Shown here in pieces: positions 23,205-37,089 of a stretch of 64,000 nt of DNA (position 1 is the stretch's first letter; every line of letters starts with the position of its first letter). A program made the position numbers and the translations under genes. The notes below the pieces were generated by a model. That model had not been told where the DNA came from. It searched no databases and saw nothing but the letters and a program-made list of their open reading frames with translations. Origin of the DNA: Cirrosporium novae-zelandiae. Its lineage: Eukaryota. Where the stretch lies: contig JAPETS010000043.1 of assembly GCA_026023565.1 (NCBI GenBank), forward strand, positions 62,001 to 126,000, written 5' to 3'.

Positions 23205-25229
23205 TTAATCAGAATGTGATTTCTCCTTACTCCTCCAAAACAAAAGTAACTTCTTAAATTTCTTAGCCCTGCTCTTCTTTTTCCTTCTTTCAGTCCCTCC
23301 AGGAACCGCATCTCCTTCTTCAGTTGCAAACGTAGTTACCGACGGAGGTATAGCAGAACCCCGACGAATACTATTGGAATATGGAAAGTCATCCATAGTT
23401 TGTGTGCCATGGTCAATTGACGCGTACGAGATGTGACCACGAGTATGAGAAGGAGCAGTAGCAGTCGTGGAGGGCCGAGGAATCTCAGGCGTGAGGAGCG
23501 CCATGTCGTGTGGTGGTTGGACCAAAGGCGCCGTCGCTGGGACGGGCGGTGAAGGAGGTGGTGGAGAATTTGAGAGAGATCTATCAATTGTCGAGGCCGA
23601 GGTATCACTATCCGTGGGAGCTGGAATTATTATTTCCGTAGGCATGGTACCAGGTGAAATCGACTCTTCTCCACCTCGCACTGCGCTGTAAGAACTAGAG
23701 GCATAACTAGCAGATAGCTGAAGACCAGCCGGACGATGACGTCGACGACGTGAAGTGGATGCGGTCTTGCTTGTTAAACAACTGTCCCCTTCAGTCTCCT
23801 CCTTGATCTTTTCAAAGATCATGGCACGATGCTTTTGACGGCGGTCCAATGCACCAGGAAGAGCAGGCGCGCTGTACCGGCGTTCCCATTCAGCCGGGAT
23901 TGGCGGTACTGGCGGGATGGAAGAATATGATGAGCCTAGAATAGATCCACCGCTACTTGTTGATGGTCGGGCAGACAGTTTTGTGGGAGATGGAGCAAGA
24001 GGATCAACACCAAGATCAATATCGATCATTCCAGATTCATCCCTTAAAGCGCTCCGCATTAATGTCTCTACCTTCATTGATTCTCCTGGGAACCTGAAGG
24101 CATTGAACTTTCGGGACTGAGAAGATGTCGGTCTAGGAGCCAAGGTACCGGTCAGTGGTTGAAGGTGTGTATCATCTGGACTCGCAATCGGCGATAATGC
24201 TTGTTCTACAGTTGTGGTGATTGTCAACTGAGGAGCGCTGGAAGATGGTGTGTGAGTAGAAACTGGTTCGGTCTTGTTGCTTGGGACTGGGCTAGCGGGA
24301 GTGTGCTCCATAGAAACCGGAGACTCCACAACTACATCATTGTCCTCCTCGAAATTTGCGAAGAACTCATCCAGTACGACTGCATCCTCCTGCGGATGAT
24401 CGTTTTCATCTTCAAATACTTGTTCTGCTGGTCTAAGATCAGGCTGTCGGCCTGAAGAAAGTGGAGTTGGCCGAAGCCGCTCGAATACTGGCGTTGAGCC
24501 ATAATGCGCAACAGTAAATGACTGTGATCGTATATGGCCACGAGATCGAGGAGTAGCAGTCGCAGGAGATGGAGGCATACTGCGAGGTGACTTGGGAGCA
24601 CCAGGATTAAAGCTGAATGCTGGAAGAGAATTGGTAGGAGAGGGAGTGGTCGGTGAGCGTGGATTCATGGCTTCGGCCAAATTCACCCCAGAAAGAAGAT
24701 TCATCGAGTCCATTGTCTGCATCCGCCTGTGACGCTGTGGTTGCGACCCAGTGTCTCTCTGAAGACCTACAACACGATTGCTAACCCTAGGTCGACGATG
24801 AGTCGGCACTGGCAATTGGCTCATGTTCATCTGGTGGATTGGCTCGTTTTGCAAGAGCCATGCAATTGTACCTGGTTGAGCATCGGCTCCAGGATTTGGG
24901 TAGCTTCTAGGCCGATTTTCGCTCAAATTGGTTGTGGCCATGAAAGCCTGGGTTCCCATTGTTGAAACGGATGTTTCAGAAGAATTGGAAGAAACAGACG
25001 AAGAAGTAGAAGGCGACTCATTCGAGGACGATTCTGACACCGAGTATCTTAATGGAGATGGCTGACTTGGAGTCGGGAAGGCGAATGACGGTTGTGGCAG
25101 GGACGAGAAATCAGTGTAGATGGTGGGATGTTGTGGTTTTCGATGATGGTGGTGGTTGTTATTGTTGTCGGCACAGAAGGCCATACCAAGTGCCATTGAA
25201 GGCTGACTGGCGAACTCGACTTGTGCCAT
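23205..25229 (-). CDS. Ser/Pro-rich, largely disordered fungal protein of unknown function
   Basis: 674-aa uninterrupted ORF with short motifs LPAFSFNP, GHIRSQS, MIDIDLG, RRYSAP and a basic amphipathic C-terminus KKFKKLLLFWRSK. Confidence 0.8.
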   Translation of the reverse strand: MAQVEFASQPSMALGMAFCADNNNNHHHHRKPQHPTIYTDFSSLPQPSFAFPTPSQPSPLRYSVSESSSNESPSTSSSVSSNSSETSVSTMGTQAFMATTNLSENRPRSYPNPGADAQPGTIAWLLQNEPIHQMNMSQLPVPTHRRPRVSNRVVGLQRDTGSQPQRHRRMQTMDSMNLLSGVNLAEAMNPRSPTTPSPTNSLPAFSFNPGAPKSPRSMPPSPATATPRSRGHIRSQSFTVAHYGSTPVFERLRPTPLSSGRQPDLRPAEQVFEDENDHPQEDAVVLDEFFANFEEDNDVVVESPVSMEHTPASPVPSNKTEPVSTHTPSSSAPQLTITTTVEQALSPIASPDDTHLQPLTGTLAPRPTSSQSRKFNAFRFPGESMKVETLMRSALRDESGMIDIDLGVDPLAPSPTKLSARPSTSSGGSILGSSYSSIPPVPPIPAEWERRYSAPALPGALDRRQKHRAMIFEKIKEETEGDSCLTSKTASTSRRRRHRPAGLQLSASYASSSYSAVRGGEESISPGTMPTEIIIPAPTDSDTSASTIDRSLSNSPPPPSPPVPATAPLVQPPHDMALLTPEIPRPSTTATAPSHTRGHISYASIDHGTQTMDDFPYSNSIRRGSAIPPSVTTFATEEGDAVPGGTERRKKKSRAKKFKKLLLFWRSKEKSHSD

Positions 25230-28200
25230 GGTGAGCAGTAATTTGGATGGGTGGCGACTGTACAGAAGCGCAATTCCAACTTTTTAGTGTTTGGATGTGC
25301 CAGGTTTTTCCTGAACAAGACTGCAAGGAATCCACCAATTGATATCCCAGAATAATTTCCAACTTTTATATCGTTCCCATGCGTATTTCTTCAACACATT
25401 GCAGTCCTGTCCAGCATATACTTCAAATGTGTTTTAATGTTGGATACCCTATAACGACTGACAAAACACAGTGACCCCAGCAATTGGGTTAGTTCAATCA
25501 AATGCAGATGGATATTAAAACTACATATGGAGTTAAATGCTTGTCCTTAATTGTGTTAATATATGGGGGGGGATATACATACAGGCTGATCGAAACAAAG
25601 CTCAAAGCTGAGATTAGGTGCGATAATTTGAGAAGGGCAATAAATTGCACAAAAGCGCAAAGCGATATTTGATTTTTTTTTTGTATATGACAACGATATG
25701 AAAAAGAACGGACGGCGACAATAACGAACAAGAAATCAATCTGTCCGTTTCGCACCAAGAAAGGTCATATCGTGGGCAAAGGAATTTGGGGGGTGTTTTG
25801 GGGGGGAGGGGGGGGGAACTGTGAGAGTAAGAACAGAGAAGTTTGGGGGTGGGATCTCACTGGGATAAGAGGGAAGGGAGCCTGTGTAGGTTGGAGGCTT
25901 GTGGACAGCCTTGGGAGGGCCATGGGAGGGCCATGAAAGTTACATTTGGAGGTTAGTCAAAGCTCTAGCGAGATTAGCGTTGGTACCCATGACCAGTTTT
26001 TGCTAAGTTTTGACCAATTTTGATCGTTTAAACAGTAACCGATTACTCTGTGTAGGAAGCCTAGCAAATGACCTAAACCAAGACCTACCAAGACTTATTC
26101 TAGTCAGGGCCTAGGTCGAGTAATTACAGTAAACCACAGAATTAATGTAGGTAAGTACTAGGTGCATTGCAAATCCTTTCCCCCTCTCGTTTAATACCAA
26201 TCAAATGGCTGACATCAATCAATATTCAATTAACTTATTCACAATGCATTCAACTCACTTTATTGTTCTCCCCACAGACTCTATATTTCAGCATTGATCC
26301 CAACTGCATCATGATTGAGGAGTGGAGTCAAAAAAAGAAGAATGGCCACTTCATAGTCAGGTACAACAAGATATAATTTAATAATATGCAAGCCATGACT
26401 GTATCGATGACAGGCAGCACAGGGACAGTATGTCGTGACGCAGCAGTTGCAGTAAATGCAGCTCCCCTTTCTTCCGAGACTTTTCTGACTCCAAATCTCC
26501 GTCCCCCTGTTCTCTGGTCTCGTACTCTTTTTTCTTCCTCTTCTCACGGGCGCTGACTAGCCGGATAGTGTTCAAGACAGATTGCCGAAAATAGAGACAC
26601 CTGATGAGTCTAACTAACCAACTAAAGAAAATAAAGCTGCGATAATGATGATGACGATGGTGATAATGAAGGGAATGCTTCAGTTGCTATGGGAATGTGG
26701 ACGATTACATCGCTGGGAATCGTGCTCCGTGCAATGCTGGCAGTTGTGTGGATGGATGGGATGTATGTATCGTGGTACCTACATGGGGGATGAATTGTAA
26801 TGGATTGTAATAAATTGTAATAAATTGTAATTTGTTGAATGACAGGGTATTTAATTGTATTTCATTGTAATGTAAAGTCTGGAAATTGCCAAATGTCCGA
26901 AGAAAGTATCCCAATTCAGATTATTTGTGCCGAGACTCAGGCGAAATGTCAAGCAAGGATAACTCGAAGATAAATCAAGGATAGTCGATACGAGTAACTA
27001 ATGGGAGCCACCCCCAACTTTCTTTCCCATCTTTTCTCATCTTAATCATCTTTTAGACCCATTTTTTGGTGGCACCACTACTCGCCCTCTATCCTCGACA
27101 CTGTCCACCCTTCGGCTCAAGCGGAGACAATCTACAAACAAACAGGCAACCATGTGTTGAAAAAGTAGAAATTCCGCCATAGTTACCATAATGAACTATA
27201 TACCTATCATACGTACTAGATATACGTAACTGGGTATGCAATTCATTCTTTGTACAAATTATCTTCATTAAATAAGGCCGTAGAATAGCCAATCTCATCC
27301 AAATCTTATCAAATGTGCCTTGAAAGACATGTGTTTCATCCCCTGTTGATCTCTCACGCTCTCACATTTTCCCCGAGCCGCCCAATTCCAAGAAAAGAAA
27401 GAAAAAAACCAACTCCCCAATGTCTCACATAACTGCTCACCCATGAACCATGTTCATTTCTACTTTGAATTTACATTCTATCCATGTTCGGATCTCGGAA
27501 TGCCCATGCCCACCGGACATTTTCTCTCGCACTTTTTTTTTGGATTTTTTTCCTGCTCATTTTGTGATAACACGCTACTTGACTAACTACATGTTTATAT
27601 GGTCTTGTCGTAAGTATGGATATCCTTGAACTAAAGTGGTTTTTAACTACTCGTCATGAAGATCCTAGGGAGCTCTGATATCAATGACAATACTGTTGCT
27701 CTCAAAGACTTCCTAATCCATCATCCTCTTACCTTTTTACCGATCAGATCATCCTGTGCCGTTTGCCCATCTGCCAACTGTTAACTTAACTACCATTCGA
27801 ACTTGAATTTTTTAAATTAATTACCTGGATGGATTTCCATCATGGGTGTTTACCGCTGCCTAAGCAAATAGGGCTGTTCACACTGCATATTAAACATTGT
27901 CGTCCTTGGCAACGTCAAGGAAAGTTGAAAGCCTTCGAAGGCCAGAAGCCCATGGCGTTCAACCCAACAGCTGAAACTAGAAATTTCCGAATGACCTGAT
28001 ATGAAAATCTAAGCGAAAAGCTGGGACTATCCCTCCACCTTGAAAAAACAAAAACAAACAAAAAAGGGTAACAGTAACAACACCGAGCTATGAAGCTTCC
28101 ATAGAACCTTCAGCTGAGCTTGGCTTGCCCAATTTGATTATTCTACCACAACCGTCACACACATTGTAACTTCCACATTCCACATTCCACATTCCACATT

Positions 28201-30032
28201 ACACAGCACCATTCTAACTTCAAGGGGGAAAAGAAAAGTAGAAGAAAGATGAAACGTTCATGACGTTATACCGCCCTAATTACTTAGAGATGTCTATTTT
28301 CTCCTTTTCATGTGACCTCTTCTTCAATGATGGAATCTTTGTGATCTTACACAAAGTCAATTCGAATTTATTGTGATTTCGAAACCTGTCACCCTGTCAC
28401 AAAGACAATAAAAGAAATTGATCTGTGTTCGCAATTGATACTTTTGAAGATCATTAACCTTATCTTTTTCAGTATACTTTTCAGCGTTTCCCCCAGATTA
28501 GGCCAAGATCCAACATCCAGGAAAGGAACACTTGAAAATATGAAACACTCACCGACCTTCTAATCTCAAACCTACAGCCATCACAACCTTTTATTTATCA
28601 TTATATCCTCAATTTGTTCGTCTGGTATCCAATGAAGGGTCCAATATGGAAAATGCTAAGACTCCACCTTCCCGCTCCCACTTTCTTTCATTGTCCCCAT
28701 GACCTGGATCGTTGACGTTTCCCCACCATAGCTGTCATTATGAAAGCATTTTCAGTAATACAAAGGAAACTTTCGAATCTAGATGATGCAGCCTAGATCT
28801 TGGGGTTTTGACATCCGTGGTGGGTACTGGACTTAGAATTCGGATCGGCAATCCCTTTAGCTCAGATAATATTGTTCACATCACCGCTTAATATCAGATG
28901 CCTTTTGATAGCAGCATCAATGACGGATGGCTTCAACGGTTAGCCCTTGTCTACACTATTCTTTAAGGTAATGAGACAATACAGGTCGTTAGCCACAGAT
29001 CGCCTTCAATCTCAAACCGTGTATCAAGGTTCCAATTCAATCAAACCCTCCTAGTAGGGTTAAGATATCCCAACAACGACAGTATCTCAAATGGCAATGA
29101 AATGATGACAAAACCCGGCCTGCGAATGATATATTGCTTTCCCGCTTGATACAAATTGCCGTATTATACCAGAGAGTTTCTAGAGCAGAAGCAATAGCCA
29201 TTTCGAAATAGAAATTCGAGAAAGGCAAGCGAACTAATACTTTGAAAACCCGAGAATAAGCAGTCTTTATGGCTGCACTCACGAAATTACAACATACTCT
29301 TGGCATAAATTTTGTTGCTGTTCATGAAATATATCTTAATTGTTTAATTCATATTAAATAAAGTTTAAGCAAATTGCTCTAACTCCTAACTACTTCTACA
29401 CAATTCCATTGATGTTGGCAAAGAAGTGCCTAGCTAGGAACATCAACTCTCTACGACATGCGTCTTGTATGCTAAAGAAGTCTATAACCATCTGTTTCTA
29501 GCCTCTTTAGATAGTGACCACCTACCTCATCTCAAGCAAAAAAATGGCGATATAACACACTCCATGGCCAAGGGCAAGATTAAAGATGCCGTAAATATAA
29601 TGAGATTCTTATTAATTTTGTTACTATTAGATCTAATCTTGTTAGAAGGCCCGACTTTCTATACACACACACCAAAATAGAATAAGATCACCACATAGAC
29701 CTCTTATTAAAAGATAAAAAGACTTTATTTCAAAGAAACTAATATATTGAAATAAACAATAAATTACTCCAAAATATACAACATATATATACATACAGAT
29801 AGTCAGCTCTAAAGAAACCGAAAACTTTTTTATATAGGTACCTACTGTATTTCCGTAGCCGCCTTGCCGAAGAAGAAAAAAAAGCGTTCGATTATATATA
29901 TATTCAAGATTAAAAGTTCAGTCGTAGATGATAAATAAATAACCCTTTCTCTCCTAGTTTATTACCTATCTAGGTAGGTAGGTAGTTGTCATATATTTTT
30001 TTAGCTTACCTCCCCCCTCCCTCTTCTGACTT

Positions 30033-30041
30033 ATGACTCAT
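30033..30041. promoter_or_regulatory. Perfect AP-1/Gcn4(CpcA) site ATGACTCAT upstream of the methyltransferase gene
   Basis: ATGACTCAT about 165 bp before ATG 30206. Confidence 0.55.
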
Positions 30042-30205
30042 AACTCATACACATTTACATATATACCTAGGTATATTCCCATATATTTTTGTCGAGTCGA
30101 AGAACAAATATAACAAAAAAAAGAGCACATTTCTATCCGCCACCAATAAAACGAAACCAACATCCCATCTCTCTCCCCCCTTCCTCCATTACCCATTACT
30201 ATATC

Positions 30206-30685
30206 ATGTCAACCCCACCCCCCCCATCTCCTCCAAATGATGCCACCCCGGAAGTGGAAGTGGGAGCAGGAACACGAGAGGAGAAGGAGAAGAATATCAA
30301 ATATCTTTCCACGAGTGAGGCGTATGAGCGATGGGCTGCTGTATGTGGGTTTTCCTTTTTTTTTCCCTTTGACTTGACTTGGCTTGGCTTGGTTTGGTTT
30401 GGTTTGGTGTCTTTTGATAAGTTATAAAAACTATGAGATGAGCGAGACAGCCAGGGGGGGGGGGATTGTTCGATTGGTGTGGTCGTTTTTATAGATGATG
30501 AATAAGACGATTTATTATGTTGTATTTCTTCTTTTCGTAATGTTATTCTTATATCTATACTTTGTTTTGCCCCTTGCTTATACGGGATTTTTTTTTTCAT
30601 TTTGTAAAAGTTGATTATATATAATAAAGTTAGTTTCCTTGAACTGCTGCTCATGATATTCCCATCTTCCTCAGTCACACATCAC

Positions 30686-30741
<56 letters not shown>

Positions 30742-31765
30742 TCATGTTCTTCTCATAAACCTCTTCATCTCCAACCAACTCCCCTAACTTACTCGCCCAA
30801 CTAACACAAACCCACTCACCCACTCACCCACTCATCCACAGATCTACGACACGGACCATAACCCCCTCCAAGCCCTCGACGATCTCGAGCTAAAAACCCT
30901 CCTCCCCAAATTCCTAAATCTAGTATCGGATACATTTCTCACCTCCCAACCACCACCACCGCCACCGCCACTCTCTACATCATCATCACTGCCTACAAAC
31001 CCCACAACCAACAACGCCACTAAAATCAAAATCATAGACCTAGGCTGCGGAACCGGAAGAAACACAGCGAAATTGCTTAGTTGGAAACCACCCCCAAGGA
31101 TGATCGAGAAGAAGGGTGAGGTGGAAGTGGAAATAGAGATTGTAGGGTTAGATGGGAGCGAGAAGATGCTTGAGAAGGCGCGGGAGAGGTGTGCGGATGT
31201 GGGAGGAGAAGGAGGAGGAGGAGGAGTAGAATCTACGACGCCTTACTTGAAACAGAGGGTGCGGTTTCAGCAATACAAAATCCCTATCCCTATCCCCATC
31301 CCCATCTCTTCGTCGCCATCTTCCCTCCCCTCCTCCTCACCCCCTTCCACCGCACGCGCCCACGCCTTAATTTCCACCCTCCTCCTCGAGCACCTCCCCC
31401 TCTCCACATTTTTCTCTCTAGTCTCCACCCTCCTCCTCTACCCAACCGGCCTCCTCCTCCTCACAAACATGCACCCGGAAATGGGCGCGATATCCCAGGC
31501 CGGATTTAAAGATCCAGTTACGGGCGAGAAAGTGAGGGCGGGGAGGAGCTGGATTCACGGGGTTGGAGAAGTGGTGGAGAAGGCTAAGGGGTGGGGGTTT
31601 GAGGTTTTGGGGGGGGTGAGGGAGGTGGGGATGGATGGATTGGATATGGGGGTGAAGGGGGGCTTGGGGTTGGGGCCCGAGATGGAGGTGAGGATGAGGA
31701 AGTGGAAGGGGACTAAGTGTTGGTTTGGGATTATATTTAGGTTCGTTGGGAGGGCTGGAATTTGA
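30206..31765 (+). CDS. Class I SAM-dependent methyltransferase; exons 30206-30340, 30842-31765
   Basis: Spliced AYERWAA|IYDTDHNPLQALDD, motif I IIDLGCGTGRNT, VGLDGSEKML, LISTLLLEH, LLLTNMHPEMG. The 501-nt intron runs GTATGT...CTAAC...CAG. Confidence 0.9.
30688..30740. repeat. Compound (AC)n(TA)n microsatellite inside the methyltransferase intron
   Basis: AC run 30688-30724 directly followed by a TA run to 30740. Confidence 0.95.
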
Positions 31766-32717
31766 GATGCTTAAATTTATTTAATGATCGAGGAGCTGGA
31801 CCTTTGAGGCAGCAATATTATTGTTCTTCGAATATATTTTCAATTAACTATCTCTCTTCTCCCGATAATCTCATCCTTCATCTTGTTAGTTAGCCCGCCC
31901 ATTCTAGCGACTGGCTACTCTCAACTAGAAGCATATCAATGGAATGGAACCGGCTACTAACATGGAACATATCACTACGAGATGAGACACCTATAATTGC
32001 TAGTTCATCGGCCATCACTCGGATAGTCAACAATATTTTCCCAAGTACATCGTACAGCCTACAACTCCGGCACGATATACAGAGGTATAGGCCGTTCTTG
32101 CAAAAGAACTGGCTGCTAGAAATACCTGTTATATAGCTGTTCAACGAAGAGATCCTTGAGGCAAAAGTTAGTTGAAGCCTTGATGCGAATTTAGAATATA
32201 GTAGCTTTGGAAAGAAACAATAATTTCAGTAGGAACAATTGGAGTAAATATTTTTTTCATTCCGCATTGCCATGTATGACATCAGAGAATGGAAGGAAAA
32301 GTTCATCATGTTGGTGGTAGTATACAGGAATATAATAGAGAGGTACGTACCTAATAGTTTAATCGTATACGCAGCTATCCTTTTCGGTAATTGTTTAATA
32401 CTAAAATGGCAGGCCTATATATTTATTCCAACTGAGCGTATATCTCTTGCGGATTTCCTAGTACCAATCTGTCACAAGGAAACGTCAGGATGGATCAAGG
32501 AACGAGGTCTCTGGAGCGTTATCGCTTAGTGTTTTGGTATTCGAAAAAGAGTCCTAGGACGCTCCTAGGCGGTTTAAGCAACGATTAATTTGCCTAAGGC
32601 AAATCTTCTTCTTTTTAGAACAACTCATTGATATCGGCTTGGAATTGCCCATGTTCGAGCTTTGTTATAATCATTCTTAACAATGTTTCCATTACTTCAA
32701 TCATATATACTTCTCTA

Positions 32718-33730
32718 TTAGAGGAAGTAGGATTTGTAGATACGATCGCGGTGATCTACTAGGCTCGTATACTTTTTGAGGATAATGACCAATCGTTCTT
32801 CTTGCCATTGCATTTCCTTATCTAGTAGGAGATGGGTATAGGCAAATATATTGGCATCAAACATGGTTGGCTGTTTCTCGCCAAAAAAGAATGTGTTGCT
32901 TCCAAGGAGGACAGAGAGTGCTTGGAAAGCTATATCAGCTTGTTCATATAAGCCAGAGACGTTAATCACAGGCATGGACTTCCTCAGCTCGTTTTCCGCA
33001 GCTCGTCGGAGTTGAAACGCTGTGGTTGCCCTGACGAATCCACTGGAAGAGATGGGTTCAACATAAAGTCTTTGAGCAACAGTCACGAAATTTGCTGGCT
33101 CAAGGTAGAGGAAGTAAAGCTTTCAAACATGGTTAGTCTGTGGTCAAGTTAGAAAGTAAAAGGTGCCTACCCAAGCACTTCGAATTTGGTTACTGATTAA
33201 GGTAGAGTATACTTCAAATTTAGAAGTGGTAGGTTCCCTAATATTTTTCCCTTGTTCATATGCCCAATCTGGCAACTTGTTTGCTGGTATAGGATGAGCA
33301 AGTTCGGATATTGCTGTTTGGGCTACTGTTTGTGCAGGAATTAGGAATGGCAATGAGCCTGTTGGCGAAGCATGATTATTGGAGGGCCGAATACGAAATT
33401 TTATATCAGTAAAGAGGAGGAATGTCTATTTGAAATTATTAGCTTCACTTACAGCCCTTAGTAGATGATAGCAATACACACCTGCCATTTCAAGCAGCTT
33501 GGGTTAAAAGATGACTTCTTCGCATTCACAGACCCTTCCACTGCGAAAACATATAGCGTATTCTCATCTCGACTAGAAGGTGCTCTTGCTGGGAGTTCGT
33601 TTGGAGGGTAGACAATAAGAGGGAACTTGTCAAACAAGTTCTTCACTGGCTCAGGAATTGAGAAGATGGAGCGAGACTTTTGAGATGAGATAGTTGTAGA
33701 CGCACTGTTACTGACGCCATCATTGTGCAT
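32718..33730 (-). CDS. SAM35: Mitochondrial outer-membrane SAM complex subunit Sam35 (metaxin-2-like); exons 33730-33482, 33425-33171, 33119-32718
   Basis: PVKNLFDKFPL, SFNPSCLKWQ|TFLLF, SNNHASPTGSLPFL and GST-like C-terminus ALSVLLGSNTFFFGEKQPTMFDANIFAYTHLLL. Confidence 0.9.
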
Positions 33731-34398
33731 GTCTACTATTCCATACCATGAAGCCCTCAGCAATATAAAATAAAAAGAATGTGGGCAAATGCTAGCTTAG
33801 GTGGAACCACGGAGCTTGATTGAAAATTTGTTGATGTTCGGCTCGAAAAGCTTTGGTTTCTCCGGAAAATCATTCGGAACGGGTTACTTGATACGGATGT
33901 TACCGTGGGCTGCCGTGTAAGCGAGGTCTTCATTTGGCCTTTGTTGGCCTTGTTGGTCCTTAATGACCCCCCGATCAGGTTCTAATTAGTACTTAAATTG
34001 TGACTCGATGTCTCGGTGACCCTGCGTTTCGACTCTTGCGGCAGTCGGTATCGATAGACCCTCGCGCATGGTGGGTTCTCAGGCCCTCTGGCTCTCAGAA
34101 TCCTTCCTTTGACTCTCCCCCCCCCCCATCTTACATCTTCAATCAAGGCTCCGACCACCCTTCAACCATCTAAAATACCACAAACAATTCAAGGGACATG
34201 TGTCTGAACACACTAGACACCATTCGCAATCATCCTCATCGTTGAATCTGCAACAGCTTAAATTTCGGCCATTTTGGGCAACTCTCCGTTTTTTTAGGCT
34301 GTGGAATTCCGACTTCCAGCCGCCGACAGGAAAATCTGCTCAATATCGAGAGCAAAAGCGAAACGCGTTTAATCTGCGCAGAAAAGCACTGACTTGCC

Positions 34399-36269
34399 AT
34401 GCCTCACGACGAATATGGAACTAAATGGGCCTGGTGAGTTGAAGATCTTGCAATTCTTGGTTTGCCCTGGAAGTCCTACCTAGAAATCATAGAGCTGTTG
34501 CTCTATTCCTTGGCCAGTATGCTGACAATGTTATAGTGAGTCCTGTGTCAGGGGGCACCGCTCTACCACCTGTCGACACTGGAAAAGATACATGGTGAAA
34601 GTGAGAAAGCCTGGTCGACCACTGGCAAAATGTCCACATCCAAAGGGGAAATGCAGCTGCGGGACAGAACGCGTCTTGATGGTCAGGATTCCCAAAGGTT
34701 CGTTTTAACGAGGATTTGAGTATGTTCTTCGTCGAGTTGACCATTGAAGGAACTTCCTGTCTCTGTGCTCCTGCACAAACCGTAGGTCATGGGCCGAAAC
34801 CTCCAGATACACAGGAGATACCTGATTCATCTCGGATGCCATCATATCCTCTTACTCCCAATGGACTGGATTCGTTAGATATTAATCGTCCTCTTCCTAT
34901 GGGAGGGATAGTAGCTTCCAACATTCCAGGTGCTCTGACCGCTTCCGATCAAAGTCAGAGAGTTTCAAGAGAGAATTCCATTGGACAAGGTTTCCTACCA
35001 GCTACGCCAGCATCGCTCTACAGTCAACCCCCCCATCTATCCAACCCGCAACCACAAAGTCAGCTGGGTATGATGGGGGTAGGCGACTATGGAAAAACAA
35101 CTGATGGAGATGGCTGGAGTGGACCATGGTCGAGTATGGATAGAATTTTATACCCTAAGGATGAGAGAGAGGACCTAGGACGGGACGGCGAAATTGGCTC
35201 TGGATGCTGTAGACCGAGAAGTGAAACCCTGTCGACCGGACCATCACGAAAGCAATCTTGCTGTTCTAGGCAAAATCTTTCCGGCGACAAACCACTACTC
35301 GCTCTCTCAGATGCGCGCCGCGCTTCGTCAGCCAGTTTTTCGCAGGCACTTTCAAGCCAAAATCATGGTCAGGCCTCTTCTCCTTCTGAGCCTGCAAGCG
35401 ATCCATTCCTTGCACTCGATCCTAGATCAAGCAATACTCAGTCAAGTTTAGGGGAGAAGTTGGCCTCTCAAGGAGGTGCGTTGCCAATCAATCCTCGTCT
35501 TCAGCCTCACAACTGTTCATGGCACTTGCGTTCTTTTAATCATCCTCATTCACGCGGTTATCATGCTATTCTTCCAACTCACGGTCTTGTAGGATTCAGC
35601 GCAAATCCTCATATTCACAGTCAACGCCACGCTTTCCATCACCATACTGATCAGCATCATTGCAATTGCGGAGATGGTTGCCAATGTCTTGGTTGTGCTA
35701 CTCACCCTTACAATCCTACGATGCAGAGTCGCATGCAGGAACTTGGTCAAATCATGGACTCTATGCCGTATGATCACGAGCACGATCCCCGCCCAGATAA
35801 TCCAGCCGATACCTTTTCGATGATGAACCAAGACCCGGGAAGAGGCAGTATCTCCTTTCATCCACCGGAGTGGGGTTTTCATATGCCTGGGATTCCTCCG
35901 ACTCAGAACATGTGGCCGCAAAGCGACAGTCGTAATCCTACGTCGCAAAACGACCCCACACTTTCTCCTGGTTATATTTACATGGAATATCCTATTGGGA
36001 AACAACCTCAGGTCACGGGATGTTGCAATATCAGTGATGCGTGTAGATGTGGCGAGGATTGCGCATGTGTGGGCTGTCTTACCCACACAGGGCATAACGG
36101 AGTACCGTTGGATGTGTCTACTCTGGAAAGTAGTTCTGTCGATAGTACCCCACAGACGATTCATCCACCTGGAATACCAACTCAGGGATATTTTCCTCGG
36201 GAACCCCAAAATTATGGGTATCTTACCCAAGATCCAGTGCCTACATTCTCAAACCGAAGCTCCCTCTAG
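34399..36269 (+). CDS. Copper-fist transcription factor, Mac1/Cuf1 type; exons 34399-34433, 34537-34697, 34750-36269
   Basis: Spliced N-terminus MPHDEYGTKWACESCVRGHRSTTCRHWKRYMVKVRKPGRPLAKCPH (copper fist, RGHR and GRP motifs). Two C-terminal CxCx3CxCx2Cx2H motifs (CNCGDGCQCLGCATH, CRCGEDCACVGCLTH). Confidence 0.9.
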
Positions 36270-37089
36270 AGATGAGAATGTTTAAGCTGTCAACCAAAAT
36301 CAGTTCAATTCATTGACCGACGCATGTTCTTGTCTTCAATGGACTGAATAATAAATTACTGCCCTTGGCGCATGGATACCCAGTATGTACTATCTATAAT
36401 AATTACTCCGCGTGAATATCTAACAAATAGTGTTACGCAGCTCCTATCAACACTCTTCTAGAATTTTTACGAGTTTATACTTCTCCACTCAGTGTTGATT
36501 TAAAAATTTCTGCGTCCTCAGAATTAAGCAGTCCCAGCGTCCGATTATTCCCTACAAGCAGCCCTGAAGGTTCAGTTTCACATAGCAAACGACTATTCCG
36601 CTTGATCTATTTCTTGGTGCGCGGGCTAAGTGAGATTGAACTTGGCATCAGTCGCTTTTCGTTGTTGGAAGCTCAGTACGCAGAGCTTTGGATACGTTAA
36701 AATATAGATTGGTGGCCTCGGTGGGACTTCAGGAAGGATAGGGAAGCCAAAAATAGGGGATACCCCCCTCTCCCCCGAGCGGGATAACTTTGAATGGAGA
36801 AAGCTGGCGTATGATGAATGAAGGAGCTCAATAACGGACTCTCAAATCAAAACTTATGTATGATGTATCAGGAAGAAAAGCAGGTTATAATGTCCGTATC
36901 ATGGATATCATAGGCTATCGGAATTTGATTAACACTGGCCATCTTCGTGCTGTGGTTCGGTAGTTTAGTTCTACACAAATATACCATGCTCACAACTCTA
37001 TTGACTTAACTAATTAATCAAGGGTAGTTTTACGAAGTAGGAGCTGTATGTTCATTAAAAGTGAGGGTTTTGGTTATGTGTACAACATC

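Noticed and set aside
25300..30000. Short ORFs in the 4.7-kb intergenic region
   Set aside because: No motifs or convincing gene structure; consistent with long regulatory/UTR sequence and simple repeats.
30490..30680. Box C-like GATGATGA inside the long methyltransferase intron (intronic snoRNA?)
   Set aside because: No suitably placed box D (CTGA) or terminal stem.
34575..34600. Apparent frameshift in the copper-fist exon
   Set aside because: Recounting the A run (tgg aaa aga tac atg) shows the frame is intact.
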